From NCBI RefSeq assembly GCF_037042905.1, contig NC_087257.1, positions 7,440,001 through 7,504,000 of the forward strand: 64,000 nucleotides of DNA, read 5' to 3'. The DNA is from Lytechinus pictus. Its lineage: Eukaryota. The position numbers and the translations under genes are program-made. This document shows positions 1 to 12,597 of the stretch, in pieces (within the stretch, counting starts at the first letter, position 1; every line of letters begins with the position of its first letter). The notes beneath the pieces were generated by a model. It saw nothing but the letters and a program-made list of their open reading frames with translations. It did no database searches and was not told the DNA's origin.

Positions 1-1009
1 ACTAACCTAATGCTGCAGATGATACATAATTATGATATTAATATCATTTTAGTGAATAATGTAGTTTTACGTAGAAAGTGTACCAACTCCACATCGCATA
101 AAACTTTTTTTTTTGAAAGTCCATTCACTTTTGTAAAGCGCATGTTTTCGCATATTTTTGTAAGCGAACACATATTTTCTGTTTTGTGGTACTTTTTGTA
201 CTTTTTACGCGTAAGCGCATTCCAAACCTTGCACGCCGAATTGATTTTCTGAACACCGAACCATTTACTTTCTGTACAAACTACCGACGAATTACAGCTT
301 TTGTTATTGAATGGACAATAAACTTTGGTTCAACCAATCATTTTATTTCAAGGTTTGGCTTGATTTGCCCCACTTCTTCTTGTGATCTCGAGGAGTAAAC
401 TTCTTGATTGCACGACATACATGCAAATAACTGGCTTTTCATATTTGGTCATATTTGTGTCTGTCGACACATATACATGTAGATTATATCATTCGTTCAT
501 TGTGTGCATAGTAAAATCTTCATTCGTTATTTATACGGACAAGATGATACGACAAGTTTAATTTTCATCGGATTGTGCAATAACTTTGGACTTTCGCTGT
601 TATTTATTGATCATCCGCCAGTTAACAAGAACTAGCTCGAAGTTGATCGCGTCCTCCTTCGTTTAGTAACTTTAGTTAAATATCTACTGGATATTCGCTC
701 CGAACTTCAGTGGAGCTTTGACATTTGTGGACATATTATGGAAAAATTGAGTTACCTGCGTCGGTGAGTATACCAAGTAGAGAATTAATTTCACATCACA
801 GAACACACAATAATGATAATCAATATCCTAAACATAAATTTCACAACATTTTGGAGAAATCAAGTTCGTTCAATTGAAAACCCAAAGTAATACACTTAAT
901 GTAGCCGAAAACGTCTAGATCAATCAATTTTTTTGTTGGGGGGGGGGGGGGGTATGCAACGCTGAGAATATTTGAGATAAATTTGAATATAATGGCGCTG
1001 CTTAAACAA

Positions 1010-1365
1010 GAGAGCGTTGTTGGCTCAGTCGGTAACGCGTCTGCCTGTCGAACCAAAGATCGTGGGTTCGAGTCCACCCCGGGCGGATGACTGAAGCCAG
1101 TGCGTTGTGTGTAAACGTCTCTCCCATGTTTCATAGATGCAGGCTCTGTTACAATGGAAAACACTCCGTCCCAAGGATAGGACGTTAAATGGAGGCCCCG
1201 TGTAGAGGAGAGTCACCACCTTTGCACGTTAAGAACCCACTGCACTATTCGTATAAGAGTATGGGGGAAACCCCGGTGGTCCACCTGCACTCCCCCCAAT
1301 CAGTTATATCAGGAGGAGAGACTTGCGGGTCATAGTGATTCAGTTCGCTTTTCGCCTTTTTTTTT
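1010..1365 (+). mobile_element. tRNA-derived SINE, MetaSINE-like
   Basis: Pol III A box (TGGCTCAGTCGG) and B box (GGTTCGAGTCC) in the head, followed by GGACGTTAAA...GCACGTTAAGAACCC, which resembles the Meta central domain. Ends in a T-rich run. Confidence 0.7.
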
Positions 1366-1469
1366 AATTGCGAAGTGGTTGGTGGGCAAGACGATTGATA
1401 AGTCACAGTTCGGCAACAGGAAAGGCCATTCAACTGCACATTATTTGATAGATATACTAAAGAATGCCG

Positions 1470-3150
1470 ATAAACCCCAACGGTCTCAACTCTGGTGGCT
1501 ATGGACTTCAGCAAAGCCTTCGACAGGATAGATCATGGGCTAGCTGTTAGGAAACTGCTTGATATGGGAGCATCTCCATCTCCGTCATTGGTGGCTTGGA
1601 TCTCTAATTTCCTCTCCAACCGAAAGCAGAGTGTATGTTATCTCTGATTGGATGGAGATTTCGGCAGGTACTCCGCAGGGCACTCGACTTGGACCGATAA
1701 TCTTCATCTGCATGATCAACGACTTGTTCAAGGATAGCGACCAACAATATTGGAAATACGTCGACGACCTCCCCCTGCTCGAATGTAGGAATTCAACGGA
1801 CCAACCAAAAATCCAAGAAGAAGTAAGTGAACTTGAGAAATGTACCAAAGACAACTGCATGAAACTGAACCCTAGGAAATGTGTTGTAATGAACGTTCAG
1901 TTTATTAGAAACCCAACACGTGTCCCAAAAGTAAAAATTGATGATCATGAACTAGGTGAAGTCCATCTTGTTAAACTTTTAGGTGTGTTCGTACGAGATG
2001 ACTTAAAATGGTCATACCATGTTACAGAAATGGTCAAGGCAGCAAGCATGAGGCTACACATGATGCGGATCCTGAAAGGATTTCGGCTACCACTTGAGGA
2101 TTTTAAAGTAGTATATTGTTCATATGTGCGCCCGAAACTCGAATACTGCTCCCCGGTTTGGCATTCTGGCCTAACGCAGAAAGAGAAAAAAATTGATAGA
2201 GAGAATTCAGAATCATGCGTGTCGCCTCATGCTTGGCCAAAGGTACATCAGTTATGATGATGCCCTCACTGTTCTTCACCTCCCAACATTGGAAGAGAGA
2301 AGGGAAACTAGCAAGTAACCTTACAAAGGAGACATCCCCATTCCATCACTGGCTCCCTCCTACCAGAGCCATTAGCACCTCCCATAACCTGCGGAATGCT
2401 GGGAAATACTCTGAAATTAAGTGCAAAACCGAGCGCTATAAAAAGAGCACACTGCCACTCATTGTGAGGCTACTCAAACCCAAAATCTGAATAACTGGCT
2501 AAATAATACCAAATAATAAATTATATGAATAATTGATTGCTTAGTTGGCAGTACATGTAGGAAATGAAATTAAAAGATTAGCAACAAAGTGACTTATACT
2601 ACTTATAGATGTTTTTTTATAAATTATGCTAAAATGATAAATCTTGGATGTTCTTGGACACAATTTTCTTTTTACCCTTTTATATATTTCAAGCTGGACA
2701 TCCCGCTAGTCGTTATCATGTTTGCTAATGCAATTTATCAGTGTTTTGTCGATACAAAACAATATTTCCATTTCCACTCATATTGTATGAATGATATGAC
2801 CTTAAACTTTGTATCCTTCTATACTTGCACCGAAAATGCCCTAATTCATGCAAGCCAGCTGGCTGCCTCTGCTGTGATCATACAGTATAATATTGCAGCA
2901 GAGGTGATTGGTTTGCATGGGGTACATAAATTATATGAAAGATGGCATGCCATATACATCCCAAAGCAACCGTATTGAATTATGTTATAAAAACTTTATC
3001 TAGTAAAATCATTTGTCAATATCTTATTTTGATCAACTATTGTATGTGTATTGAATATATCAACCATTTTTTTAAATTGTACGCAATTCAGCCGTAAGGC
3101 TGCTATGTGCAATGTTTTTTAATACCGAAATAAATAAATAAATAAATAAA
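1470..3150 (+). mobile_element. 5'-truncated, frameshifted CR1-group (L2/Crack-like) LINE: RT C-terminal half plus 3' UTR
   Basis: RT motifs DFSKAFDRIDH, GTPQGTRLGP, KYVDD and YVRPKLEYCSPVW are spread over shifted frames. The 3' end has a stem-loop CAGCC-GTAA-GGCTG and an (AATA)n tail at about 3129-3150. Confidence 0.9.
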
Positions 3151-4097
3151 TTTACAGTTATTTTTCATAACGCCAAATGCCTTTCCATGCTCTGTTTATT
3201 TTCATCCGATTTTATGCAATCGACGCCCGAAACTTCATTTTGATTATTAATGTAGCATTACCTTTCCCTCTTCTCTAAGTACTGACCTTGGTATTTTCAG
3301 ATCGGATCTTCTTGCATGCATTGTCCAGCATGTTAGCAAGGACCGATACGCTCTAGTCAGCCGACCTAGATATATATATTTTATTTCTGAAAATTATAGA
3401 GGGTGGCACACATCACCAATTTGGTGGTCTTCATTGTGGCCCTGGTAACAAAGAGATCAACAAATAATATGAATAATGAAAATAATAGGTAGTTATAAAC
3501 AGGATATAATAGAGTAATAAACAAAATGCATGTAAACATGTTATTAGAAAAATTCTTGGGAATAATGTTAATTTGATAATCAACTGATAACTTGAATCAA
3601 ATTTGTGAATTTAGATTTGAAGTTAGAGCATACAATAATTTAACAAAAATTTGAACGAATAAGAAATTTCCAAATGGCGAATTCATGTTCAATTTGCATA
3701 TTGGTTTTTTGGCAGTCACAATTAAAACAGAAATAAGAAACAATGTGACCCACTGAAAGCGAATTGTCCGAATTAAGGGCTCTAATTGCATCCAACTTCC
3801 GGGGGAAAACCGCCGTGAACCGCCATTTAACCGACAATGTGAGATACCCCCTTAAGGTTTTCAACTCAAACATTCCGATAGGAATCCACACGTCAGACAC
3901 GCATTGACGGTTTAAGTGATATAGGGAATAAAATCGTCATAAACTCTCGCATTAGACAAAAAGATATTAGATCAAGATTATAAAATGACACAGGAATTCA
4001 TGATGACTCTTAGGATTTACTTTGTTGTTCCCGAATAAAATGCTACCTTTCTTATCAAATGTAATAATTTTTGCTATGAACTGAATGCAAAATACGT

Positions 4098-5331
4098 GTG
4101 TTCACTCAGTATGCCTTACCTTCTCTCAGATATTTGTTAACTGTACACAACTTGACTGATACACAACTCACCTCGCTTGATTCTATTCAGACTAGAATGC
4201 TGAAAAAATGGCTGAAAATTCCCAGTCACGGTGCAACGCCTTCCATATTGTACGCATCAAAGGGATTGAATATAAAAACATTATCAGAGTTGTATCTTGA
4301 GTGTCATACATTGTCTTTTGCCTCTACCTTGACCAAAGGTGATCCAAAGGTAAGGCATGCAGTAGAGTCGAAAATAGAAAGGGAAAGTAAATGGTCTAGT
4401 AAAAACAAGAAATTTGGCGTTAAAGTATCAATGAAAATGATGGAAACAGCAAGGGATACGAATAATGATGATTCACAACAATGGAAATCAATGAAAAGGG
4501 CAATTAAAAATGTAATCGTGAAAGAGAAAAACGATAACTGGTCAGAGCGTTTACAGAAGCTCGCAAAACAGGGTATCTTATTACATTTGTTAGAAGTAGA
4601 AAAAAGCGATCTTACGTGGAAAACAATTATGTATGGTTTACCCAGAGGTGTCCTAAGTTTTGCCTCGAGGGCTGCAATCGATAGCCTTCCAACTCCCCAA
4701 AATCTCAAGTTATGGGGTAAAAAGATGAATGAAAAATGTTGTCTATGCAATTGTACCGGCTCTTTGGTCCATATTTTAAATATGTGCACTGTTGTCCTTA
4801 CTCAAGGCAGATTTACATACCGACACAATAGCGTGTTAGGTTACCTTGCAAAGGAATTGAAAAGTTGTGCAGAAAGCAATGGCATAAGACTTGATTTGTA
4901 TGCTGACCTCCCAGGGATGAGAATTAATGGTGGTACAATCCCTTCTAATGTCATAGTCACCACAGAGAAACCAGATATAACTCTCTTTTTCCCAGAATCT
5001 ACCCCTCCAAAGATTGTACTCATTGAGTTGACAGTTCCTTTTGAACCTAATATTCGTAAGGCGAGAGAACGTAAGGAGGTGAGGTACGTTCAGCTGAATA
5101 GGGACATCATATCTAAGAATTGAGTCGCATCTGGTATTTTTTGAAGTCGGAAGTAGAGGGGTGGTTACCAGAGACAATAAACAGCAAATTAAGACAATTC
5201 TACACCACGTCGGTTCAAGGAAATACAAAGATGTTATCCTTACAATGAGTAAACTAGCACTAATTGGTTCATACGTGATCTACAATGCAAAGAGTGAACC
5301 ACAGTGGACCGACATGACACTTCTTCACTGA
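4098..5331 (+). mobile_element. 5'-truncated non-LTR retrotransposon with restriction-like endonuclease (HERO/NeSL-like)
   Basis: CCHC knuckle (C..C...HILNMC), RHNSVL, KPDI and IELTVPFE. After a frameshift near 5119 the frame continues FEVGSRG...SKLALIGSYVIYNAKSEPQW to TGA at 5329-5331. Confidence 0.88.
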
Positions 5332-5434
5332 CTCATTTTGAATTTCCCCAATATGATTGTTGTACATCTAAAGATAATTATTTGCTCATTTTTCCGTCAA
5401 TATTATGCTGTTCAGATTATTATTAGTATTATTA

Positions 5435-5475
5435 GTCCGACGAAGATTCTGCTAGGATCGAAAGCTTAGGCCCCT
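5435..5475 (+). ncRNA. Degenerate minimal hammerhead ribozyme (Penelope-like terminal repeat remnant)
   Basis: GTC-CGACGA-A-GATTC-TGCTA-GGATC-GAAAGCTTA-GGC gives stem II, the GAAA core, a palindromic AAGCTT stem III and a UA cleavage site. The CUGAnGA box lacks its U. Confidence 0.5.
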
Positions 5476-6484
5476 TTTTGATTTTCTAATTTACTCCATT
5501 GGCTCTCTTTTATTAAATAAGCAGTTTTCAGCAGCTTCTTTTTGCCACAGATTATTATGGCGTAAGGGCTGATTCCTTTCCCCTTATACTTCACCCCCTC
5601 TCTACCTCTCTATCTATATTCCCTTCTCCCCTTTTCCTATTTCTTCTCTTCTTTCCAACCTATTCCACACCATTTCTTTTCCATCAGCCCTTGCTTCCTC
5701 ATTCTTCCCCATTCCAACCATTCTTGTTTCATTTATGTATGCCAGACTGTAATATATCATATACTTTAATATATCACACCTGTTACATATACAAAATATA
5801 AACTCAAGATTTAGGCCTACCTATGTGAATTTACACTTTATCTGTTCATATATTCATAATTGCATAATTTATATATTTTTGTAATTCCATATGTTAGTAC
5901 GATGACCTCATTTTAAAATAAGAACAACCTAAGTTAAACCACGGGACAGCACATCCCCTCCTTCCACCTTCTCACTACTTTAAGTATAAATTTTGCTATG
6001 AATTGAATTGACGCGTTTGATATGTAAATAATTATTATATCTTGTTTTATGTTTGTTTATGTATATCTTTACTGTATTCAATTTATGTTGCCCTGTATTA
6101 CGTTCGTTTAGAACTGGTAACATGGGCCCATTATTGTAATTGATTCCCTTTTTTATGAATAAAAGGTGATTTATAAAAAAAAAAAAAAAAGGATACTTCT
6201 TATCTTTATACATTAAAACTTATGTAAAAGCGATTGGTAAGATCGCTTTCATAGTCAATCATAATCAATGTTGGGACCGAAATTGATAACTCTTCCTGAT
6301 ATTATGGACAACTTGTTATTTAGTGTAAAGGACACTTCTGGTCTTCTGAACTATCAAATAAATTGAAGTATTTCACCGTCACTCAGTTCAGCATAGCCCG
6401 TACCGATCGCACAGAAACGTTTTCAACGCTAACAATGTGCTAACAGACGTCCTGATAGAACATACAAAGTCACAGCGTTTCCTG

Positions 6485-6750
6485 CGCCCCGTCTTACAAA
6501 GAGTTGCGAAAGATCCCATAAACCACAACTATGGAAAGCCAGTAACGTCAATATCTAAAATACATGTTTGTTAAAAATATTTTCCAGATACGATGAATAT
6601 CTATACATTGGTTTCTTGAAAATTCAGTGTGCTTCTCTTTATTTACAAAGGACATTTGTAAATAGACATTTGCAAATTTCCTGTAAAAGAAATTGACATT
6701 GATGGATTTCCATACAACTGAGGTTGATCGAATCAATCGCAACGCTTTAT
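6485..6750. repeat. Non-autonomous DNA-transposon repeat; inverted paralog at about 21830-22080
   Basis: CCCCGTCTTACAAAGAGTT start, with internal sequence shared with 21830-22080 (which ends ...CTCTTTGTAAGACGGGG). Confidence 0.65.
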
Positions 6751-7530
6751 AGGACACAATTGACTCAGCCACGGCGGGAGATATGGTTTGTCCGTCACCT
6801 TTCCATCGGTGCTTATTCTCTTTTTAATTCACACAATCAAGACACTGAAAAACCTGTCCACCAGATCAAATCAACCTCAACTGGAGACGTTATCATCTAG
6901 AATGCAATGTTTACTGAAAGTGTTCTGTAAAACTATGGCCCGAATTACACATGCGTCTGGTTTGAAGCCTCCTCCAACGCCGGCTTTCGATCTGGCCTCA
7001 AGCATGCAATGGGTGACGTTACACATACGCCAGAAGAAGACTAAAATCGCTTTTAGATTATTTATCCACTTCGCCTATTGAAGTGACACATGTGCCCATC
7101 TTTTCTAGTCAACATTTTCTATTGTTTGTTTAATAGCAATAATTGTTCGCTACAGTCGTAATTGCCGCCTTTCAGGTGGACTCCGTCCAGTCCGGCAATC
7201 AAAAGTAGTGAGCTGATAACATATGTCGACGCGTCTATGGGGCCGGCCTCGGTCCACTTTCGACGTATGTGTATCTTGGGCATATGAACACCTGGCCGCG
7301 AGTTCTAAGAAGTAGTCTTTTTCATTGGTTTAAAACTTACAATGACAACTCTAAGATTTTAAACTCGATTTGATTCTTTATTGATTGATAATTCAAAACC
7401 CTGTATTAAGAACAGATATGGAAGATATACAGATATGGCACATTACAGATATGGCAGGAATTGTAGTTGGAAGACAAACCAGAATGTTAAAACTGTTTAT
7501 TCGAATGATACAAGCCTTTCCTGACTGTTT

Positions 7531-7779
7531 TCACTTGGAATTTGCATTCTCTTCACGATGATAAATGGAGTTATCCAGCATGAGTTGGAGGGTTTCCTTC
7601 GTGCGCAGTTTCCGCGGGACTTTGTACTGGTTGGCAGATGTCGTGCTGTTATTCAGGATAAAAGTGTGCAGACGAACAAATGTGCCGGGTTTCACGATGT
7701 GCACCAAGGGAGGGGCTATGGCTCCCTTTTCGCGGAACGAGTTGTACGTGAAGGAATGATGGCAGAGCTCCTCGTCAAC
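7531..7779 (-). CDS. GHDC: GH3 domain-containing protein, terminal coding exon (VDEELCHH...QYKVPRKLR...NSK*)
   Basis: Acceptor ttttggtag|G, phase 0, 83 codons to TGA. Contains the GH3 C-terminal motifs IVKPGTF and QYKVPR. Not in the supplied ORF track. Confidence 0.92.
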   Translation of the reverse strand, partial: VDEELCHHSFTYNSFREKGAIAPPLVHIVKPGTFVRLHTFILNNSTTSANQYKVPRKLRTKETLQLMLDNSIYHREENANSK

Positions 7780-8008
7780 CTACCAAAAATAGTTCATCAT
7801 TGATCAAAAATATTCATTGGAAATCTCCAGATTTCCTTTATTGTCCATCACTGGCAGATTTGTTGTGATGACCATTTTATTGAGGAGTTTTTTTTGCAAT
7901 AACTACACAGATGCTTTCTGGAACGTAGAGAATCTAATTGCAAAGGCCTTTATGATAAAGCAGTCTTTGTCGAAAATTGGTGAATAGAAACAACAGAACC
8001 GTCCGTGA

Positions 8009-8347
8009 CAGTGGCGGATCCAGAGGGGGGGGGGGCACATCCGGCGCGTACCCCCCCCCCTTGAGAGACGCCAACAACTTTTCTAGTGGACGATGTTATG
8101 CATATTGGAAGTGCGGACCCTTTTTTTTAGATTTTGTGTTCTATCTTTTTATGGCTATTTTTTACATTTTTCTTGGAACTTGGACCTCGATTTAGTAGTG
8201 AAGACCTTTATTTCTTTGTTATTTTTTCCTTGTCGAAGTTTTCCAAGAACAAATGACCTCGATTTGGTAGTGAAAACTTTTTTATAGGGTTGTCTACGTT
8301 TTCCAATACGAATCCCCCCCCCTTGGAAAATCCTGGACCCGCCCCTG
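8009..8347. mobile_element. hAT-type MITE in GHDC intron
   Basis: TIRs CAGTGGCGGATCCAG / CTGGACCCGCCCCTG with a perfect 8-bp TSD GTCCGTGA (8001-8008 and 8348-8355). Confidence 0.9.
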
Positions 8348-9040
8348 GTCCGTGACTCTGGACAAACAGCATATTTAAAAGTTTTTGTCAGCTCCGAAAC
8401 TTACGACAATGACCTGTCCCGGTTTTTTTTTCAAATTTTCGACAAAGACCTTCTGAAATCGGCGACAGACAGGATTCTTTAATATCGACTCAGATTTACA
8501 AAAACGGTTACGAATGTGGAAAAGCTGAATCTTAAGCCTTTAAAACAAAATGCTGGTAAACATAATCGGGAACATGGCTCTGTCATATGTTTCAGTAACA
8601 ATCATTGTTCCTCAAAAGTAAGAATGGATCTGGAAGGCTATACATGTACTGATATCGCATAAAAATATGATATGGCTTTGCAAAAGACCGGGGTTCAATT
8701 CCCTGTACGACACTAACCTTCCTTTTAAATTGTATTTCATTTATTAAAATTCAAAGATATTTTTTAAAAAGTGCTCACATAGTTTCCAAGAATGAGTATA
8801 GCATTTCCGTTTAATTGAATGTAGGTTAAAAGTGCAATGTTGATTAATTGCCTTGCTCATTAGTGCCGTGGCTGCGGATCGAACCCCAGACTAAGTGTAT
8901 AGTCAGGCACCTTAAACAACCATTAGGAAAATCAGTTAAGTTTTATCGATACCACTGTATGTGCTTTGAAATAAAAGAGTGAATACAAAAAATCCGATAA
9001 ATCAATGAATGATGGTACGAGATTCCCGTTAGAATATTAC

Positions 9041-9138
9041 CTTTTCCAGTTTGATGCTGTCCATAGAATCTCTCTCCGGGGGAGGAAGCAGCTCAAGAAA
9101 TACCACATAGTACGGTCTATGATCAGCATCAGTCTTCA
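9041..9138 (-). CDS. GHDC: GH3 domain-containing protein, internal exon (VKTDADHRPYYVVFLELL...KLEK)
   Basis: atgtag| acceptor and |gtaata donor; 98 nt converts phase 1 to phase 0. PYYVVFLEL matches the GH3 HYV.f.E strand. Confidence 0.88.
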
Positions 9139-9482
9139 CTACATGAGGAGAATGATAATTATGCAACTGGTTAATGAGAAGACGTGTTAAATTCTATCCA
9201 CATTTTACCCGATCGGTCATCGCCGTTTGTGAAATCAAGCAAAACCTGAAAAAATCATAACTTTCTTGTTTTACGACGGATTTTGAAGGGGTTTTCACTG
9301 CTGTGCTTGATAGGCGGTTGGCTGGTATTCAAATCAACTTGATTTGATTGTGGAATTGACCTTAAAGTTAACACATAAGACTAAGAAATCACACAAGTTT
9401 GAATGCTGTTCAATAGCCTATTATCTCGATCGTGATGTCTGAGGATATTTTTGGAACACTCTGATCGGGAAACACTTCTTAC

Positions 9483-9625
9483 CTAGTTGATCAAGGAGAG
9501 TACTCTCAGCTACAGCATATTCCTCAAGGGAAACACCGGGCCAGTGGCCCACGGCAGCATCCATAGCAGTCTTCACAGTATGTTGGTCAAGTTTCTCTGC
9601 ATGCACATTGAGGATTTGACCTGAC
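9483..9625 (-). CDS. GHDC: GH3 domain-containing protein, internal exon (RSGQILNVHAEKLD...LLDQL)
   Basis: gtccag| acceptor and |gtaaga donor; phase 2 to 1. R...LN..xEK is the GH3 hinge motif. Confidence 0.92.
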
Positions 9626-9697
9626 CTGGACAACGGAAATGAATTAACAGTCGTTAATCAATCCCAACATGCCAAAGTATTGTGCCATTGGTTGAGT

Positions 9698-10147
9698 TCA
9701 GGGTTCCGTAACAAAAAGCATATTGATTGATCGTGGGGCTGACTTCTTGTATTGATCATACACACTAATCAATACAAGATTTTGTAGAAATAATCCCATG
9801 ATTAATCGCTGATAGGCAATTTTCGCTATTGCAACGGGAACGGATTCTGCAACATAAAAAATATATTGTGAAAAGCCCTTCATGACAAAACAGTCTTTGT
9901 CAAAAATCAGTGAGTCAAAACGGAAGTTTCGTCCGGGACTGTGGATATTCGGCATATTTGCATTTTTCGTAAGCTCAGAATCTTACGGCGATCGGCAGTC
10001 TCGGTTCACCATGATTTCCGACAAAGGCCTCTCAGCCGTCCATTGTGATTTGACGGGCATTTTCACTAGATTTTCTTTGTTGTAGAATTATTTTGTTCCC
10101 GTCGCGATTGCCAAAACCCGCTATAGCTTCATGTTACGTGGACCCGG
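9698..10147. repeat. MITE (PIF/Harbinger-like termini); related copies at about 57728-57860 and 61020-61175
   Basis: Imperfect TIRs CAGGGTTCCGTAACA / TGTTACGTGGACCCGG, and a shared GATTGATCGT core among the copies. Confidence 0.55.
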
Positions 10148-10644
10148 ACATTATTATATTCTTTACATGTCGAAAGCTCTCCTGAAGGAGACCATCTTCA
10201 TGATGACAGCTGCGATGAATTGACGAATGAATAAATGGATACATATGACTGCGCAATTGAAGTTGAATAAATCAATAAACGAAAAAGTTGAAAATAAAGT
10301 TAAAGGTCATTTATTGAATATAGATAACATCACCGCTAAGGATAATCGAAATATTTAAAAGCAAAAAAAAAAAAAAAAAAAAATCTTGCAATAAGTGAGC
10401 AATATTTACAATATCTCTTGAATGTAAAGACTGTGAATAAATTTATTCACCATCTGCATCATTCATTCCTTTTCAGGGCTTCAGTTGGTACCATACAAAA
10501 TTTCTTTTAATTTTACTGCTATCCAAATTACACATTTTGTGAGAGGAAACAACGCACATTATTTTTCTCAGCATATTTTCTATTCTGATGGGTTCTCTGA
10601 TAGCTACATGTACATCAATGAAACAAAGACAGGAAATGAAATAC

Positions 10645-10809
10645 CTGTACATGAATTCCACAACGGGAGCATTGAAGTGAAATCGCCGGACTCGGATGAC
10701 GTCACCATATCTAAACCTGTAGAAACCGAACACTTGAGTAATGACGACCTCGTAAATGCCACCAACTTGGAGCTCATCAATAAAGAAAGTCTCCGGTTGA
10801 TCTTCAGTT
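10645..10809 (-). CDS. GHDC: GH3 domain-containing protein, internal exon (TEDQPETF...YEVVIT..GFYRFRYGDVI...FMYR)
   Basis: ttccag| acceptor and |gtattt donor; 165 nt, phase 2 to 2. Contains GH3 motif III (YR..GD). Confidence 0.95.
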
Positions 10810-10919
10810 CTGGAACAAAGCATTGTATGGAATAAGTGATGATGGGGTTTGGCAAACAAACACAACTCATGGCCATTTTGATTACAAGGCGAGAGTCGAT
10901 CGGAACAACTATAGGGCTA

Positions 10920-11271
10920 CTAATGCTAGTAGTCAACTGGGCAGTTTGCGCCACTTCGCGCCAATGCGAAGCGGCTGTGGCGCCAATTGTCGCCAAAAAA
11001 AAAGAAGCCCAGTGGCGTGCAGCGACCCAACTGCCTCCCAGCTGGCGCATGGTGGCGCGTAACGGCGCCAAATTTCATTGTTTGTGCCGTTACGCGAAAT
11101 TTTCATCTTGCCAAATTCAATTTTGGCGCCGTTACGCACCACCACGCTTTAGTTGGGAGGCAGCGTTTGAGCCACTGTACGTCACTAGACACCTTTTTGG
11201 AGACACTGGGAGCCACAGCTGCTTTGCATTGGCGCCAACTGGCGACGGCCCAGTGGACTCCTAGCATTGGA
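10920..11271. repeat. GC-rich palindromic MITE in GHDC intron
   Basis: Inverted ends CTAATGCTAGTAGTCAACTGGGC / GCCCAGTGGACTCCTAGCATTGG plus an inner inverted repeat (GCGTAACGGCGCCAAA / TTTGGCGCCGTTACGC). Confidence 0.7.
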
Positions 11272-12131
11272 CGATTCCACATTATTAAAAAAAAGCATGT
11301 ACATTCACAGATCATAAGGTATGGAGAAACAGGTTTTGCAAATGTCGGTCTATCTTTGTGGAAAGGCCTCTCTTTTGTTATGTGAAATTTAATCTAACCC
11401 CTGTCTACAAATTCCGACGTTACCCACAGATTCACCCAAGGTTTGTCATATCTTTTTCCCTTCTTCACTGTGATACTGATGACAGAAAAAAATTGCAATC
11501 AAGATCTTATCCTACTTATAATGCACGTAAGATACTTGCTTACTGTTTGAGACAAACACTGATTCACCGTTAGGTTTGGCCTTTAATTTACAAAAAAACA
11601 GTAGGAAAGTAAGAACACGCTCGTATTTCTTTCTCTTTTTTAATACTTTTTTTCATTGGTGAGAAACGAGTCTCGCAGCAAAACTTTACACATTATTGCC
11701 CATTTAAGTGGATGTAAGAGAAAAGATTATAGCCATTCATCACATAAGTTCACAATCACTACCCTTCAGAGTTCAGATAAACATTAGTGGTTAATTTGGA
11801 GATAAACGCAGTGCTTCTGACGCTGGAAGATAAGAGGATTACATGTATTTCAGATTTCGTTCGTTGTCCTGTATATACCATTCCTGAATGACATCAAAGC
11901 TGCTAAAATATAGCTTAATTGCAATATAAATGTTTGTTTCATCAGCACAGACACGCTCAACACATTGGTGGGATTGAATGATTTCGGACAATGAACTGGT
12001 GTAAAGAGTAAAATAATTAGTGGGTCGACAAGGTTGCCCTGTGGAACCACAAAAATCACGGGAATGATTACGGAAGTGCGTTATTTATGAACATATTTAA
12101 AATAAACTCATGGTTGTTCGTAAGCACTTGC

Positions 12132-12270
12132 ATATTATCCTGTGGAATAAATTCGTAGATTGCTGTGCCTGGCAACAGAACAAATTCATCTTTGCCCGAT
12201 GACTTTGGCCAGAGGTTAAACCCGAAGAAACCCTCGGAAGCACCAAACACCCCACCATACAGCGTCAAAC
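12132..12270 (-). CDS. GHDC: GH3 domain-containing protein, internal exon (GLTLYGGVFGASEGFFGFNL...YEFIPQDN)
   Basis: atacag| acceptor; contains GH3 motif II (GASEG) and YEFIP. The only phase-compatible donor is the non-canonical GCAAGT at 12131. Confidence 0.9.
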
Positions 12271-12597
12271 CTGTATAAAAATTGAAAAGACAAAATTATA
12301 AACTCAAGACGAATTACTATTGTAGAGATGGATACATATGAAAAATGAAGTTCTATTTTAAAAATAGGGGAACAAGTCTTGGTTATAGATCATGATCGTG
12401 ATATTTCAGAAAATGACAGAGTTTACATGATCGATCCATATCATGAAAACATTTTTAAAGTTTTATTTTCTGTTTGTTTTCGGGGGATTTCTCGAACCTA
12501 GATGAAAAATTTTCTTTTTTTATATAAATATAATTTCATAGATATTAGGCATGAATTATAGCGACGATGAGAGTACATTATAAGAGTAAATCAGAAC

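Noticed and set aside
738-770. ATG...CG|GTGAGTA mini-exon
   Set aside because: No downstream exon could be linked in frame with confidence.
1010-1085. Functional tRNA gene
   Set aside because: No proper acceptor stem, and it continues into a SINE body.
10604-11385. Multiple overlapping ORFs on both strands
   Set aside because: They arise from a GC-rich palindromic MITE and from alternative frames of the real GH3 exon.
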